Part shown: positions 25,767 to 39,190 of the stretch, piece after piece | How the letters are laid out: each line of letters opens with the position of its first letter | How positions within the stretch are numbered: position 1 is the first letter of the stretch | Assembly (NCBI GenBank): GCA_977017645.1 | Contig: OZ360245.1 | Location: forward strand, 5,704,001-5,768,000 | Direction of reading: 5' to 3' | From: Torpedo marmorata | Taxonomy: Eukaryota | DNA length: 64,000 nt | Notes under the pieces: generated by a model | What the model saw: only the letters and a program-made list of their open reading frames with translations | What the model was told of the DNA's origin: nothing | Database searches by the model: none | Made by a program: the position numbers and the translations under genes

Positions 25767-26430
25767 GCCCTGTGTTATCAAGGGACATCGGCGCTAATAC
25801 AATATGCAAAAATCAACCCTTGTGCAAACACTTCTGCAACGGACCGAGCGGGATGTGGGGTCCAGTGGAGACCAGACTGTACGAACTGCCACCGCAGAGT
25901 GGAGAGGGCTGTGAAAGGCTCACTGTTGACTGTGGTAAACTGGGATAAAGGAATGACCACTTCGCGAAAAGTAACACATACGAAAAATGTACCTTCACAC
26001 CAGAAAAAAGAATCTTCTCTATTTATGTAATTAATTCGTTTTTTTGTAAATATGCTATGGATGGCAGAATATGCAAAATCGGTATTAATTTATTCACCAC
26101 TTGTAAATTCGCGTGTACATATATTAGAGTTTAATTCCGTGCATTTTAATGGTTTTTCTTGTTTCGTTTTACACACAAACATCACAAAATATTGTAAATG
26201 AAATATATAGCGCGTTGGGAAGAGTGTGCCAGAGAATGGATGAGCTTCTAATTGTGTTTTTATCATAGAGGTCTATTCAGTCAGCTTTAGTGGAACCGGT
26301 TTTAAAACGTGCCATCCCTTATTTCAATGCTATTCCAGTGTTACCTGTTAAACAATAACGGCGTTATGTACTGTACAATACGACAGATTTAAAGGAATTT
26401 AAAATAAATCTGAACTCCTGTGCAAGCAGG
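25767..26430 (+). other. TBX2: TBX2 3' UTR with candidate polyadenylation signal AATAAA at 26403-26408
   Basis: AU-rich unique sequence after the stop; first canonical AATAAA at 26403, further ones near 26515 and 26599. Confidence 0.65.
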
Positions 26431-26639
26431 GTATATACCGAGTGTCGCTTAGTCACCTCAGGTTTGTTCGCCTCCAGGTGGAATGGCTCTTCCACCCGGC
26501 TCATGCGGAGCTTAAATAAAAAAAATGTATCTCAAACTGTGTTGGTTATTTGGGTATTCTATCAACAATTCAGAAAAGTGAATTCTCTCACAACTTTCAA
26601 TAAACATTTAGAAGTGATTTTTTCTGGTGATGTGAATGT

Positions 26640-26770
26640 TTGTATGTTTGTGTGTGTGTTAGTGTTAGTGTGTTTGTGTTAGTGTGTGTGTTTGTGTGTG
26701 TGTGTTTGTGTGTGTTTATGTATAATTTGTGTGTGTGTTTGTGTATGTGTGTGTGTGTGCGTGTGTGTCT
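26640..26770. repeat. Imperfect (GT)n microsatellite
   Basis: Directly visible. Confidence 0.92.
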
Positions 26771-27971
26771 GCATGAGTCTTTGTTTGTGTGCGTAAGCGC
26801 AGTTTTTGTATGTTACTTGCCTGCGGATTTCGGTGTCTGTAGCTGAACTTATCTGTTTTGTCTTTTTTATACCGTGGTTGGCTTTGAACATTTGAAATTG
26901 CATGTATTAAAGGATCCACCACATTAAAGTACGACTTCAATGCTTTCAAAGGGCGTTGATAAAGATTGAGGGCGCAGATTAACGAAAGGAAACCGCCATC
27001 TGAGACCTCTGTGAAGGGGCATAAAACAGATATTCGATCTTTTCTCCGTTAGCACATTCTATACTCTGTGGGTCCTTTTTTGTCTCCTGCATATGATAAC
27101 AAACAGATAATAAATAAGCTTTTTTTTTTGATGGGCATGATCTCTTGAAATCTACACTTGGTTTTCAGATCGCCGATTTTGCTGGATTCAAATTTAGAAT
27201 TTATTGTGGATCCTTTTGCCTAGAAAATGTGTTTACTTTCAGGGACTCCAGTGGTTTAATCTGTTGGTTTATAGAGCAATTCGATTGTGTATCTATGTAT
27301 ATTACTACCTCTTAAAACATTGAGAACATACTGTCCGCACCTTCGACATGATTTATGTCGATTAGCTGTTCCCACCATATCTATCAACGGAAATGTTTAT
27401 TGGGCCTTTTCCTTCGATTCGAATGTGCATCCCTTGCACAAGTATTCTGGGGGACGGCAGACCATGCATCACTGTGGGGGGTTGGCGAACTTGGAATGGT
27501 ACGTTGGATCAGTACTTTAAAATTAATTCAAAGGACCCCGTGGATCTGGTAGTCAGGCGTCACAATGTTACGTTGGTTAGGGGGAGAAACGGTTTGATGA
27601 TGTTATCGAAGGATTTTCGTTCTGATACTGTCTGTTGTGTCAAAATGCTTCGTGGGAAATAAACTGCACTGAAATGTTTCAATATATCTCATCATCTGGA
27701 AGAGGGACTTGGCCAAGGAAATTAGTCCATGCAAGGGGAATTGTCAAATTATAAACCATCGCCCAGCAAATTGCAGAATAATTTTAATCGGCACTATTTC
27801 GGTTAAGTGACAACTCCTGATTTTGCATCAAATCTTGGAAAATTCATGCTCTTAAACTTATTTTAATAAACAGGAGAGAGCGAAATGCAAATAGAGTTAA
27901 ACTATCCTTTACGGATACTTTTAGCAGTGGCTTCTTGGACGAACGAAACATGAGAACAGAAAGAGGATTAA

Positions 27972-28152
27972 GTAAACACACAGAGATGCTGGAGGAACTC
28001 AGCAAGTCTTGCAGAGTCCATAGGAGGTAAAGATAAAAAAACGTCGGTTCTCTATCTTTACCTCCCATGGACGCTGCAAGACCTGCTGAGTTCCTCCAGC
28101 ATCTCTGTGTGTTTAACCACAACCACCGCGTCTGCAGACTTTTGTGTTTCAC
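27972..28152. mobile_element. Penelope-terminal-repeat-derived fold-back element
   Basis: About 60-bp near-perfect inverted arms AAACACACAGAGATGCTGGAGGAACTCAGCA...GTAAAGATA / TATCTTTAC...TGCTGAGTTCCTCCAGCATCTCTGTGTGTTT. Confidence 0.8.
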
Positions 28153-28377
28153 AACAGAAAGAGGACCGTTGATACCAACGAAAGATTGGAATTCGAACAA
28201 GGTAACACAACCATTTACAAAATGACATTGCAATAATTGATTACAGGGATAGAAACACACATGTGGGACAAGCAAAGACAAACAGTTCCTCGCCTTCGCA
28301 AATACAAATACATTGGTATGCCAAAGACGGAGATCACACCGACGCCCCATCCCGAACTCTAAATTCAAAAGGTGCAA

Positions 28378-28912
28378 ACACACACAGACACACACACACA
28401 CACACACCCCTCAGACACACACACAGACACACACACACCCCTCAGACACACACACCCCTCAGACACACCCCTCAGACACACACACACCCCTCAGACACAC
28501 ACACAGACACACACACCCCTCAGNNNNNNNNNNNNNNNNNNNNNNNNNNNNNNNNNNNNNNNNNNNNNNNNNNNNNNNNNNNNNNNNNNNNNNNNNNNNN
28601 NNNNNNNNNNNNNNNNNNNNNNNNNNNNNNNNNNNNNNNNNNNNNNNNNNNNNNNNNNNNNNNNNNNCCCCTCAGACANNNNNNNNNNNNNNNNNNNNNN
28701 NNNNNNNNNNNNNNNNNNNNNNNNNNNNNNNNNNNNNNNNNNNNNNNNNNNNNNNNNNNNNNNNNNNNNNNNNNNNNNNNNNNNNNNNNNNNNNNNNNNN
28801 NNNNNNNNNNNNNNNNNNNNNNNNNNNNNNNNNNNNNNNNNNNNNNNNNNNNNNNNGACACACACACACACATCCCACGGACAGACACACACATCCCACA
28901 GACACACACGCA
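28378..28912. repeat. CA-rich minisatellite CCCCTCAGA(CA)n spanning two assembly gaps (28524-28667, 28679-28856)
   Basis: Repeated CCCCTCAGACACAC units flank the N runs. Confidence 0.9.
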
Positions 28913-29584
28913 CGTACTAGCGAAAACACTGTTGAAAGTTGTCACACAGAAAACCACTCGGTAGTCACATGCATTCACGTTCTCACTGTATATACACGCA
29001 TGCATACAGACCGGAGGTGTGTTGTACAAAGTACACAAGTGCAGACACTTGCACAGAAACAGGGGCAGATAAGAGATACACAAGTTAATCGGCGCAAGGT
29101 TCCTTTCAATCCGAAATTCACCCTCTCATGGTTCACTTCTCGGTCAAGGATTGGGATGCAGATTTTTCTTTCTCTGTAGCATAACAGTTTACAAATCCAT
29201 GTCTGATTAATTTAGACTTCAGCCGATTTAGCGACGGGTCTTACAGACATCCTGCGACTGGTGTTTTGAAAAAAATGGGTAAAATGTGTGAATGAAACGC
29301 GATCTCGCGGATTTCCTCCATCTCATGGTGAAAGGAAATCGCATTATTCGCGGTCTCAGTCTAAGGCAAGAAATGAAAAAAAAAGAAAAATCACTTTGAT
29401 CTAGTGGTTGATGGGAGGTCGTGTTCAAATTCAACCTGGCTGCGTTAAGTTCAGATCATTAATGCATGAAATAAACAGTCTTTTCTTCGCCAATTACCGA
29501 TTGCTGTTTACAGGTAAGATTTACGAGACTTCAGTCACCAACTGATGGCTTCATTGCGGACCCTTCATTGTTTCTGCGCACTTT

Positions 29585-29600
29585 GGGCGCCACCTTCTGG
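29585..29600 (-). promoter_or_regulatory. Candidate CTCF site downstream of TBX2
   Basis: Minus strand reads CCAGAAGGTGGCGCCC, one mismatch from the core consensus. Confidence 0.5.
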
Positions 29601-30576
29601 AACGATGGGACATTGCGGGCGGAGAGTTCGTGTGGTGGTGTGGGGGAGTTTTGGTGGGGATCGCCTTTAAGTGTTTCTGATCTCACGTCAAAAGATATTC
29701 GTTTCGTTAAAAGCTGACTAACTTATAAAAAAAGCCTATTAAAATATGCTACGCAAGGCAGCAATTCCCAGTCGCACCGTTTGGTGACGCCCTATAGGTC
29801 CATGAATTAAACATTTGAATACAAAATATTTCATGTTGTGCTCTAGATATGGCAGTGCCCGTCTCCCTTTTAAATCTAATATTTACAAACCGACGTCTTG
29901 AAAGTTAAATTTGGTTTTTCCACCATCTGATTTTATCAGCGATTTCTGCAAACACTCATGCCCGTGGGTACATCGGTGATTTCATCACCCCCGCGGGTCG
30001 GCTCGGTTTTAGTTATATCAATGCCCCCTGCGTGCTTGTAGGGTTAAAGTTGTGGAACAGTCCCGCATGGACCTAGATCTCTGCGTGGGAGTCTCCACTG
30101 ATTGATGAAAATATTTATATTCTGGAGACTAAAAATCGGGACACAGATAGAGTGCGTGCAATCTCTGGAGCCTACGGACGATAAAGGTCACATCCGCGAA
30201 GTTTCTGAAGTTAATTAACATGTTTTCAGCATTACAGTTTACTCATGTGATGTAAATGGAAAACATGTTGCCGAGATCTGACTGATCTCCCTGCTCCTGT
30301 CCCCCATGTTTCCCCTGAGACCGTTTTACCTTCAGTTTCAAGCTGAGGCAGATTTGGCCTGGTATTCAATTTCCCAATTAGGCTTTGATGGACATCGAGT
30401 CAACTCCGATCCAGGAGAGAGAAAAAAATATGGGGACCCAGGAGCTGAGGGAAGAAACCTGAGAGAGTGATGGAGGGAGTGTGGAGGGAGGGGACAGGCG
30501 GAGAATGACAGAGAATAACGGAGACTGGTGCAAGCACAGAGGGAGATTGAGAAAGATTATGGTCCGAGAATAAGGG

Positions 30577-30840
30577 AGACAGAGGTGGCGGTGGAGAGAG
30601 AGAGAGAGAAAGTTAAAGGGAGAGTTACAGAGATACAGTCAAGTCAAGTTTATTGTCATCTGATTGTACAAGTACAACCCGACGAAACAGCGTTCCCCGG
30701 TCCTCGGTGCAAAACACGCAGAAATACAACCAGACATAACACACATACAGACAAACAATACATATGAAGGACAAGTCTTTCATCTATACAAATAAATAAA
30801 TGTCGTTTCATGAATATGAGATTCTTGGATGGTTAGTGAG
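30577..30840 (-). mobile_element. Rex1/Babar-like 3' tail fragment inside a GA-rich tract
   Basis: AGTCAAGTCAAGTTTATTGTCA tail signature. Confidence 0.55.
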
Positions 30841-31689
30841 TTATAGAGAATTATAGGGAATGACAAAAACTGGAAAAAAAGTCTAAAAGACTGAAAGAGC
30901 TGAAGACAAAGTAAAGGGGGAGACAATTGTAGAGATGGGGGGATTGGGCGAGAGTTAACAGCAGGAAATAATCCGCAGTAACAGTGGTGAACAGACAGCA
31001 GGGAAATGCCGGTCAGAGAACGGGACAGTGATAAAGTCAAGCTTCATTGAAACAAAACCGTCGCCACTGTATCCGATTTCTGGCTTCTTTACCGCTGGGA
31101 TATTTCTGTACAAAGGGACGGAATTCGTTCTCCACTCGGAAGGGTGACAGGATGAGAAAGTGAGCCGATTCAATCGAGTCGGAACGCGAACTCTCTCCAC
31201 AGGGCGAACATTTCCCCGACCTGCCGACTGCTCGCAGCATTTCCTGTCTTTTATCATCATAAATAAATGGAATTTTTAAAATAGTGAACACCGCGAAGAG
31301 AGCTGGAAATAAACACGCACACAGGAACAGGATTTTAGTGTTAATGAACAATATCAGCATTTCCGATCGAAATTGAATTCCATGAATAGCAAGCGATGTG
31401 AAGCGTTATGCAAGACCTGCTGCTGAACTGGGAGAATAGATGGCTCAGGCAGTTCTAAATTGAGCACGAACAGTGGAACATTTTGGAAATATGTTAAATG
31501 GTTTTATTATTGCATCAGTAATCCAGCGAGTGAATTCTAATCTTAATCGCGATTAGAATTATCCTTTCTTTTTAAAAAACAACACATAAAAAACTGCAAT
31601 TTTATGTGAAATGGCCCTAAAACCAAAGGGCGTTACCACTATTCTTTGGGGAAGGGAACCTATCGTTCTCACCTGGTCTGACCTATCTC

Positions 31690-32105
31690 TAATTCCTGGT
31701 TTACCCTGGGATGGCAGTGCTGGTGTACTAAAAGAGATGAGGATGATTGGGCGTATGCTTGCCAGAGTTGAGGGGACCTCAATGACACTTACAAACTCCT
31801 GATGGGATGGACAGGCAAGAAGCGGAAAGGATGTCCCCAATGACTGGGAAGTCCAGACTTAGGGGGTCACAGCCCAACAATATGGGATAAGCAGTGTAAG
31901 ACTGAGGCTAAAACTCTTCACCCAAAGAGTGGTGTAGTTGTAGAATTATCTACTACCGGCCAATTGATTAAATACATTCAAGAAGGAGTTGCATGTAGTT
32001 TTAATAGCTAAAGAGATCAATGGATATGGAGAGTTCAGTTGATCAGCCAATATCAAATTGAAAGGTGGAGCAGTGGAGGGGCAAATGGCTCCTGTTATCT
32101 ATGTT
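31690..32105 (+). mobile_element. Old CR1 LINE 3' fragment
   Basis: Degenerate RG(D)L-E, TRGHS and FTQRVV coding remnants followed by a CR1-type 3' UTR. Confidence 0.7.
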
Positions 32106-32194
32106 TCTAAAAAGTGCATCAATGTGATTGACTCAGGAAGTCCCATCTTGAAGCTCTCCATTGTTCTGCTTCTTTCTCTTCTTTTAATTATTAG

Positions 32195-32611
32195 TCGTAG
32201 AGTTTTATAGTATGGAAATAGGCCCTTCAGCCCAATTTCCATGTTGACCAACTTGTCTACCCAAGCTAGTCCCATTGCCTTCATTTGGCCCATATCTATC
32301 TAAACCTTTCCTATCTATGAACCTGACTAATTGTCACTTAAATATTACAATTATGTCCATCTCTATCAACTCTCCTGGCAGCTCATTCTATATTCCCACC
32401 ACCCTATGTGTGAAAAAATGATTTCCCCCAGTCTCTCTTAACTCTAAATATATGTCTTCACGCCTTGGATTCCCCTTCCCGGAAAAAAAACCAATGATTA
32501 TTTATCTATACTCCTCATGATTGTAGACATCTTTCAGCCACCACCCCTCCCCCCATGCAGCTCCCTACACTCCAGCCTATCCAGCCTCTTCTTATAATTC
32601 AAGCTCACCAG
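32195..32611 (-). mobile_element. Old CR1 3' fragment (host; continues at about 36847-36990)
   Basis: Reverse-complement CR1 tail (GGAAATAGGCCCTTCAGCCC); the coding remnant resumes after the younger insertion. Confidence 0.65.
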
Positions 32612-34856
32612 TTAAATAACATTCAAATTCAGGCGTTTGAAAGGAAAGACATTGAAACATGTGGGGTAGATTCTGTTTGGATAGAATTAAGAAATTGCAA
32701 AGGCATGAAGACCATAATGGGGGTCATTTACAGGCCTCCGAAAAGTAGCTCAGATATAGGAAGTAGTATAAATCAGGAATTAAGAGTGGCATGTCAAAGT
32801 GGTAGCAATACAGAAGTTATGGGGGACTTCAACATGAAGGTGGACTGGGAAAATCAGACGGGGGCAGGAAAGCAAGAGAGTGAGTTTATAGAATGTCTAC
32901 GAGATACATTCTTGGAGCAGCTAGTGGAGGAATCTACCAGGGGGAAGTCAATTCTGGACTTGGTGCTGTGCAGCGATGCAGAGTTAATAAGTGACCTCGA
33001 AGTAGGGGTGCCATTAGGGAATAGTGACCATGGTATGGTTACTTTTGATCTGCAATTGGAAAGGGAAAAAGAAAGGAAGTCGGAAGCATCTGTACTGCAG
33101 TTAAATAAAGGGGATTATGCAGCTATGAGGGAGGAGCTAGCCAAAATAAAATGGAAAGATACACTAGCTGGGAGGACAACTGGGGAAAAATGGCAGGTAT
33201 TTATGGACATTTTTCGCAGGATTCAGGACAAATTCATTCCAAAGTGGAGGATAGGCTCTAGGAGATGCAAATGGCAGCCGTGGCTAACTAATGAAATCAA
33301 GTGCAATATCAAGTCCAAAGGGAGTAAGTATAAGATAGCGAAGCAGAGTGGGAAGTTAGAGGATTGGGAAACCTTCAAAAAACATCAGAGGGTAACTAAG
33401 AAAGTCATACGAGAGGGGAAAATGAAGTACGAGAGGAAATTAGCAAATAATATAATAGAGGATAGCAAAAGCTTTTTTAAATATGTGAAGAGGAAGAAAT
33501 TAGTTCGGTCTAAAATTGGGCCATTAAGAATGGAAAAGGGTGGAATTATTACTGGAAACAAGGAAATGGCTGATGAATTTAACAAATACTTTGCATCTGT
33601 CTTCACCAAGGAGGATATAGGTTATGGTCAGTTAGGGGGTAATGGTCATGCAGTATCAAGAGACTTGGGGAACTTTCCTGGGGAAGTAGGGGATCTGATG
33701 GATATCCGGATCCAGAAGCAGGAGGTTGTGAGTAAATTGTTGGGACTGAGGGCTGATAAATCCCCAGGGCCTGATGGGCTGCATCCCAGGGTGCTTAAAG
33801 AGATTGTTCTGGAAATTGTGGAGACACTGGTCGACATTTTCCAAAGTTCCATAGATTCGGGGGAGGTCCCTGTGGATTGGAGAGTGGCTGATGTGGTGCT
33901 GGTTTTTAAGAAGGGAGGGAGGGAGAAAACGGGAAATTATAGACCGGTCAGCCTGACGTCAGTGGTAGGGAAGATATGGAATCTATGATAAAAGGAGTAA
34001 TAGCAGAACACTTAGGCAGAAATAATAGTATAAGGGCGAGTCAGCATGGATTCCTTAAGGGTAAGTCATGCTTGACTAACCTTCTGGAATTTTTCGAAGA
34101 TGTGACAATGAGGGTGGACTTGGGAGAGCCAGTGGATGTGGGGTATTTGGACTTCCAGAAGGCCTTTGATAAGGTCCCGCACGGGAGATTAGTGGGCAAG
34201 ATCAGGGAGCATGGTATTGGAGGTAAGGTGCTGACATGGATAGGAAATTGGTTAAGAAATAGGAAACAAAGGGTTGGGTTAAGCGGGTCTTTTTCAGGAT
34301 GGCAGGATGTGACGAGTGGTGTGCCGCAGGGATCGGTGTTGGGTCCTCAGTTGTTTGTCATTTATGTAAATGATTTGGATGATGGGATTATTAATAACAT
34401 GAGCAAATTTGCAGACAACACTACTGGGTGGCGGTGTAAAGTGTGAGGAGGATGTCAGGAAAATGCAGAAGGACTTGGACAGGTTGGGGGAGTGGGCTGA
34501 AGAATGGAAGATGAAGTTCAATGTGAGCAAATGTGAGGTTATCCATTTTGGGGGCAGTAATAGGAAAGCTGAGTATTATTTAAATGGAGACAAGCTAGGG
34601 AGTGGGGAAGTGCAAATGGATCTGGGTGTACTTGTACACCGGTCACTGAAGGCTAACATACAGGTTCAGAAAGCTGTGAAGAAGGCAAATGGCATGTTGG
34701 CTTTCATAAAGAGGGGATTGGAGTATAGGAGCAGAGACGCCCTTCTGCAGTTGTACAGGGCCCTGGTGAGACCCCACCTGGAGTATTGCATCCAGTTCTG
34801 GTCTCCAAATTTGAGGAAGGACATACTAGCTATAGAGGGTGTGCAGCGCAGATTTA
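32612..34856 (+). mobile_element. CR1 LINE family A, ORF2 (APE endonuclease + reverse transcriptase), 5' part, frameshifted
   Basis: YRPP, MGDFN, LDLV, SDH (APE); KSPGPDG, NYRPVSLTSV, QHGF, GVPQGSVLGP, FAD (RT); frameshifts near 33980 and 34420. Confidence 0.95.
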
Positions 34857-36369
34857 ACCATATAACACTTACAGCAGAGAAACAGGCTAGTTCGGCCCTT
34901 CGAGTCCATGCCGAACACATTCTCCCACCTAGTCCCACTGACCCGCACCCGGCCCATAACCCTCCACACCTCTCTTGTCCATATACCTATCCAACTTTTC
35001 GTTGAACATTAAAATTGAACCTGCATCTACCACTTCGGCCTTAAGCTCGTTCCACCCTCCTACCACCCTCTGAGTGAAGAAATTCCCCCTCATGTTTCCT
35101 CTAAACTTTTCCGCCTTCAATCTAAATCCATGCCCTCTTGTTTGAATCTTCCCCTCTCTCGATGGTAAAAGCCTGTCCACATTGACTCTATCTTTCCCCT
35201 TCATAATTTTAAATACCTCTATCAAATCACCCCTCAACTTTCTACGCTCCAGGGAATAAAGTCCCAGCCTGTTCAACCTTTCCCTATAACGCAAACCCAT
35301 AAACCCAGGCAACATTCTTGTAAATCTCCTCTGCACTCTCTCTATTCTGTTTATATCCTTCCTGTAATTCGGCGACCAAAACTGCACACAATATTCCAAA
35401 TTTTGCCTCACCAATGCCTTATACAACTTCAACATGACATCCCAACTCCTACATTCGATACTCTGATTTATGAAGGCCAACATACCAAATGCCTTCTTCA
35501 CCACCCTATCTACGTGTGACACAACTTTCAGGGAATTATGTACCAGAAATCCTAAATCCCTCTGTTCTCCTGCACTTCTCAATTGTCTTCCATTTAACAT
35601 GTATGACCTCTGCTGATTAATCGTACCAAAATGTAGCACCTCACATTTATCAGTATTAAATTCCATCTGCCATGTTTCCGCCCACTCTTCTAACTGTCCA
35701 ATATCCCCCTGCAAGCTTTGATATCCTTCTTCACTGTCCACAACACCACCAATCTTTGTATCATCTGCATACTTACTAATCCAATTTACCACCCTATCAT
35801 CTGGATCATTAATATATATGACAAACAACAATGGACACAGTACCGATCTCTGAGGCACTCCACTAGTCACCGGCCTCCAATTTGACAAACAATTTTCCAC
35901 CACTACTCTCTGGCATCTATCCAACCATTGTTGAATCCATTTCACTACTTCGTCGTTAATACCTAATGCTTGAACCTTCCTAACGAGCCTCTTATGCGGA
36001 ACCTTGTCAAATGCCTTATTAAAGTCCATATAGACAACATCCACAGCCTTCCCCTCGTCAACCCTCTTAGTAACCTCATCGAAAAACTCAGATTTGTCAA
36101 ACATGATCTACCACGAACAAAACCGTGTTGACTACACCAAATCAATGCTTGTCTTTCCAAATAACTGTATACACCATCTCTAAGAACACTCTCCATTAAT
36201 TTACCCACCACCGATGTCAGACTCACAGGCCTATAATTTCCAGGTTTACTTTTGGAGCCCTTCTTAAACAGCGGGACAACATGAGCTGCCCTCCAATCCT
36301 CCGGCACCTCCCCCGTGGCCAGTGACATTTTAAATATTTCTGTCAGAGCTCCCACTATTTGTACACTAA
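34857..36369 (-). mobile_element. CR1 LINE family B, 5'-truncated, nested in family A
   Basis: RT with KYADDTK; nearly identical to 47700-49200; interrupts host at VQRRF|TRLV. Confidence 0.95.
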
Positions 36370-36846
36370 ATTACAAGGTTAGTTACAGGGATGGCAGGGT
36401 TGACATATGCTGAAAGGTTAGAAAAACTGGACTTATATCCGATGGAGTTTAGAAGGATGAGGGGGGACATGATTGAGGTATGCAAGATTATCAAGGGGAT
36501 AGACAGGGTGAAGTTGGATTACTTGTTCCCAATGATGGGAGAGACGAGGACTAGAGGGCATAGTTTAAGAATACATCTTTAGGACGGAGATGAGGAAAAA
36601 TTTTTTTACCCAGAGAAGTGTGAATGTGTGGAATGCTCTGCCACAGAGGGTGGTAGAGGCAGATTCGCTGATTATGTTCAAAAGAGAGTTAGATAAGACT
36701 CTAGTGGGCAGAGGAGTTAAGGGTTATGGGGATAAGGCTGGAAAGGGGTACTGATTGTAGTGATCAGCCATGATCTGTAAAATGGCGGTGCTGGCTCGAC
36801 GGGCCGAAGGGCCTACTCCAGCTCCTATTGTCTATTGTCTATTGTC
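36370..36846 (+). mobile_element. CR1 LINE family A, 3' part with (CTATTGT)n tail
   Basis: Resumes as GMAGLTYAERL...TRGHSL; tail CTATTGTCTATTGTCTATTGT. Confidence 0.92.
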
Positions 36847-37150
36847 CTTTCTGCACCCTTTCCAGCCTAATGATAATTTTCTTATAATATGGTGACCAAA
36901 ACTGCACTCAATATTCCAAGTGTATTCTCACCAATGTCTTGTACAATTGTAACATGATGTTTCTGCTCCTGTTCTCAACTCTTTAAAGCCTAGCTTTTGG
37001 ACTTGGTTCTTGCCCATTGGACAATTACCTCCTTTTGCAATTCAAATTCAAATTTTGTTTCATATCAATCATGTGAAATACCATGGAATATTTTGTTACC
37101 TTAAAGATACTACATAAATACAACTTGATGTTGACTCTTAGCAATTGCTA

Positions 37151-37400
37151 GGGGCGGCGCGGTTAGCACAACACCTTTACAGCGCCAGTGATCGGGACCG
37201 GGGTTCCATCCCGCGCTGTCTGTAAGGAGTTTGTACATTCTCCCCATGTCTGCGTGGATTTTCCCCGGGGGCTCCAGTTTCCTCCCACCGTTCGAAATGT
37301 ACCGGGGGTGTAGATTAATTGGGTGTAAATTAGGCGGGACAGACTCGTGGGCTGAATGGCCTATTACCGTGCTGTATGTGTAAATTTAAATTTAAAAAAA
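37151..37400 (+). mobile_element. HE1-type tRNA SINE
   Basis: Closely matches 11343-11580. Confidence 0.88.
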
Positions 37401-37419
37401 AGTAAGCTACCAAGTTTCA

Positions 37420-39190
37420 TCAAGCCAACACTGTTCTTTTGTTTAAGAAGGGCAATAGGGTCAAACCAAGGAATTATCAGCCAGTGAGCCAACTACCCAG
37501 AGATAGGGAAATTATTGGAGAAGGTCCGTAGGAACAGGAATTAATTCCATTTAAAATAGCATGGATTTAAGGATATTCAGCATGGCTTTGTGTGGGGGAG
37601 ATCCTGTCTCACAAATCTGATTTGTCTCACAAAACTGAGTGAGTTTTTTCAGGAGGTGATGAAGATGATTGATGAGGGTAGACTAGTGCTGTTGTTTACA
37701 TGGACTTTAGTAAAGTATTTAACAAGGTCCCTCATAGTAGGCTGGTCCTGAAATCACATATGATCCATGTTGATTTTATAAGTTGGCTACATAATTAGCT
37801 TGGTTCTAATATATAATTTTAAAAAAATTAGACATATAGGCCAATGAGCCCGTGTCACCCAAAGAACCCAATTAACCTACAACACCTGTACGTTTTGAAG
37901 GGTGGGAGGAAACCAGAGCATGCAGAGGAAACCCATGCAGACACGGGGAGAACGTACAAACTCCTTACAGACAGCGTCGGATTCAAACCTGGGTCGCTGG
38001 TGCTGTAATACCACTGTGCTATATATGAATGATTTGGATTAAAATGTAAGTGGGGTGTAAATTGCAAGTGAACAAAAAATTATGGAGTTGTAGATGGTGA
38101 GGAATGTTGTCAAATGATACAGCAGGATATGGATCAGTTGCAAATATGGGCAGAGAAATGGGAAATGGAGTTTAATCTGGACAAGTGTGAGGTGTTGTAT
38201 TTTGGGAGGTGAAATACAAGAGGAAAATGTACAGTAAATGCACAGAGGAACTTTGGAATGCAAGGCCAAGTTCCCTGAAAGTGATAACGTAAGTGGATAG
38301 GGTGGTAAATAAGGCAGACAGCATGCTTGCCTCCATCAGATGGGGCATTGACTATAAAAGTTGGGAAGTCATGTTGCAGCTATATAAAATTTTAGTTTAG
38401 GGCATATTTGGATTATTGTGTGAAGTTCCAGTTATCAGACAATAATAAAGATGTGGAGGCTTTGGAGAGGGTGCAGAAGAGATTTGCAGGATGTTCTTTG
38501 GATTAGAGAGTATTAACTAAAGTTCAAAGTTCAGATTTATTGTCAGAGTACATACACAACATCACATACAACCCTGGGATTCTTTTTCCTGTGGGCCAGT
38601 AAGAATTTCTACTTATCGGCAGTACCCAAGAAAAGATATGTATACAAAAGAGAGAAATACAGTATAAACAAAGAAAAAATGTAAACAAACTGACTATGCA
38701 ATACAGAAAAAAATAAATATTCAGTAATAAATAATGTGCAAAGTAAGAGTCCTTAAATTAGTCTCTGACTGAGTTTGTTGTTAAGGAGAGATTAGACAAA
38801 CGGATTGTTATATCTGGACCATCAAAGATTGGGGGATGATTTGATAGAAGAATATAAAATTATGAGGCATATTTAGGATAGATTGTCAGTCTTTTTCACA
38901 GGGTGGAAATGTCAAACACTAGAGGGCATAGGTTTAACGTGAGAGGGGGAAAGTTTAAAGGAGATGAGCAAGGCAAGTTTTTTGAGCAAGTACCTGGAAC
39001 AGGCAGCCACAGAAGGTCGTAGGAGCTGATATGATAGCAGTGTTTAAGAGACAGTTAGGCAGGGATATGAACAGGTCGGGAATAGAGGGATACACACCAT
39101 ATGCAGGTAGATCAGTTTGGTTGATGGCATCATGGTTGGGACAGGCATGCTGGGCTGAAAGGCCTGCTCATGGGCTCTACTGTTTCAAGC
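37420..39190 (+). mobile_element. Old degenerate CR1 RT region, interrupted by an HE1 SINE (about 37815-38020, minus) and a Rex1-type tail (about 38520-38785, minus)
   Basis: Remnants of FKKG, QHGF, MDFSK, WEMEFN and TRGHRF plus a CR1 3' UTR. Confidence 0.8.
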
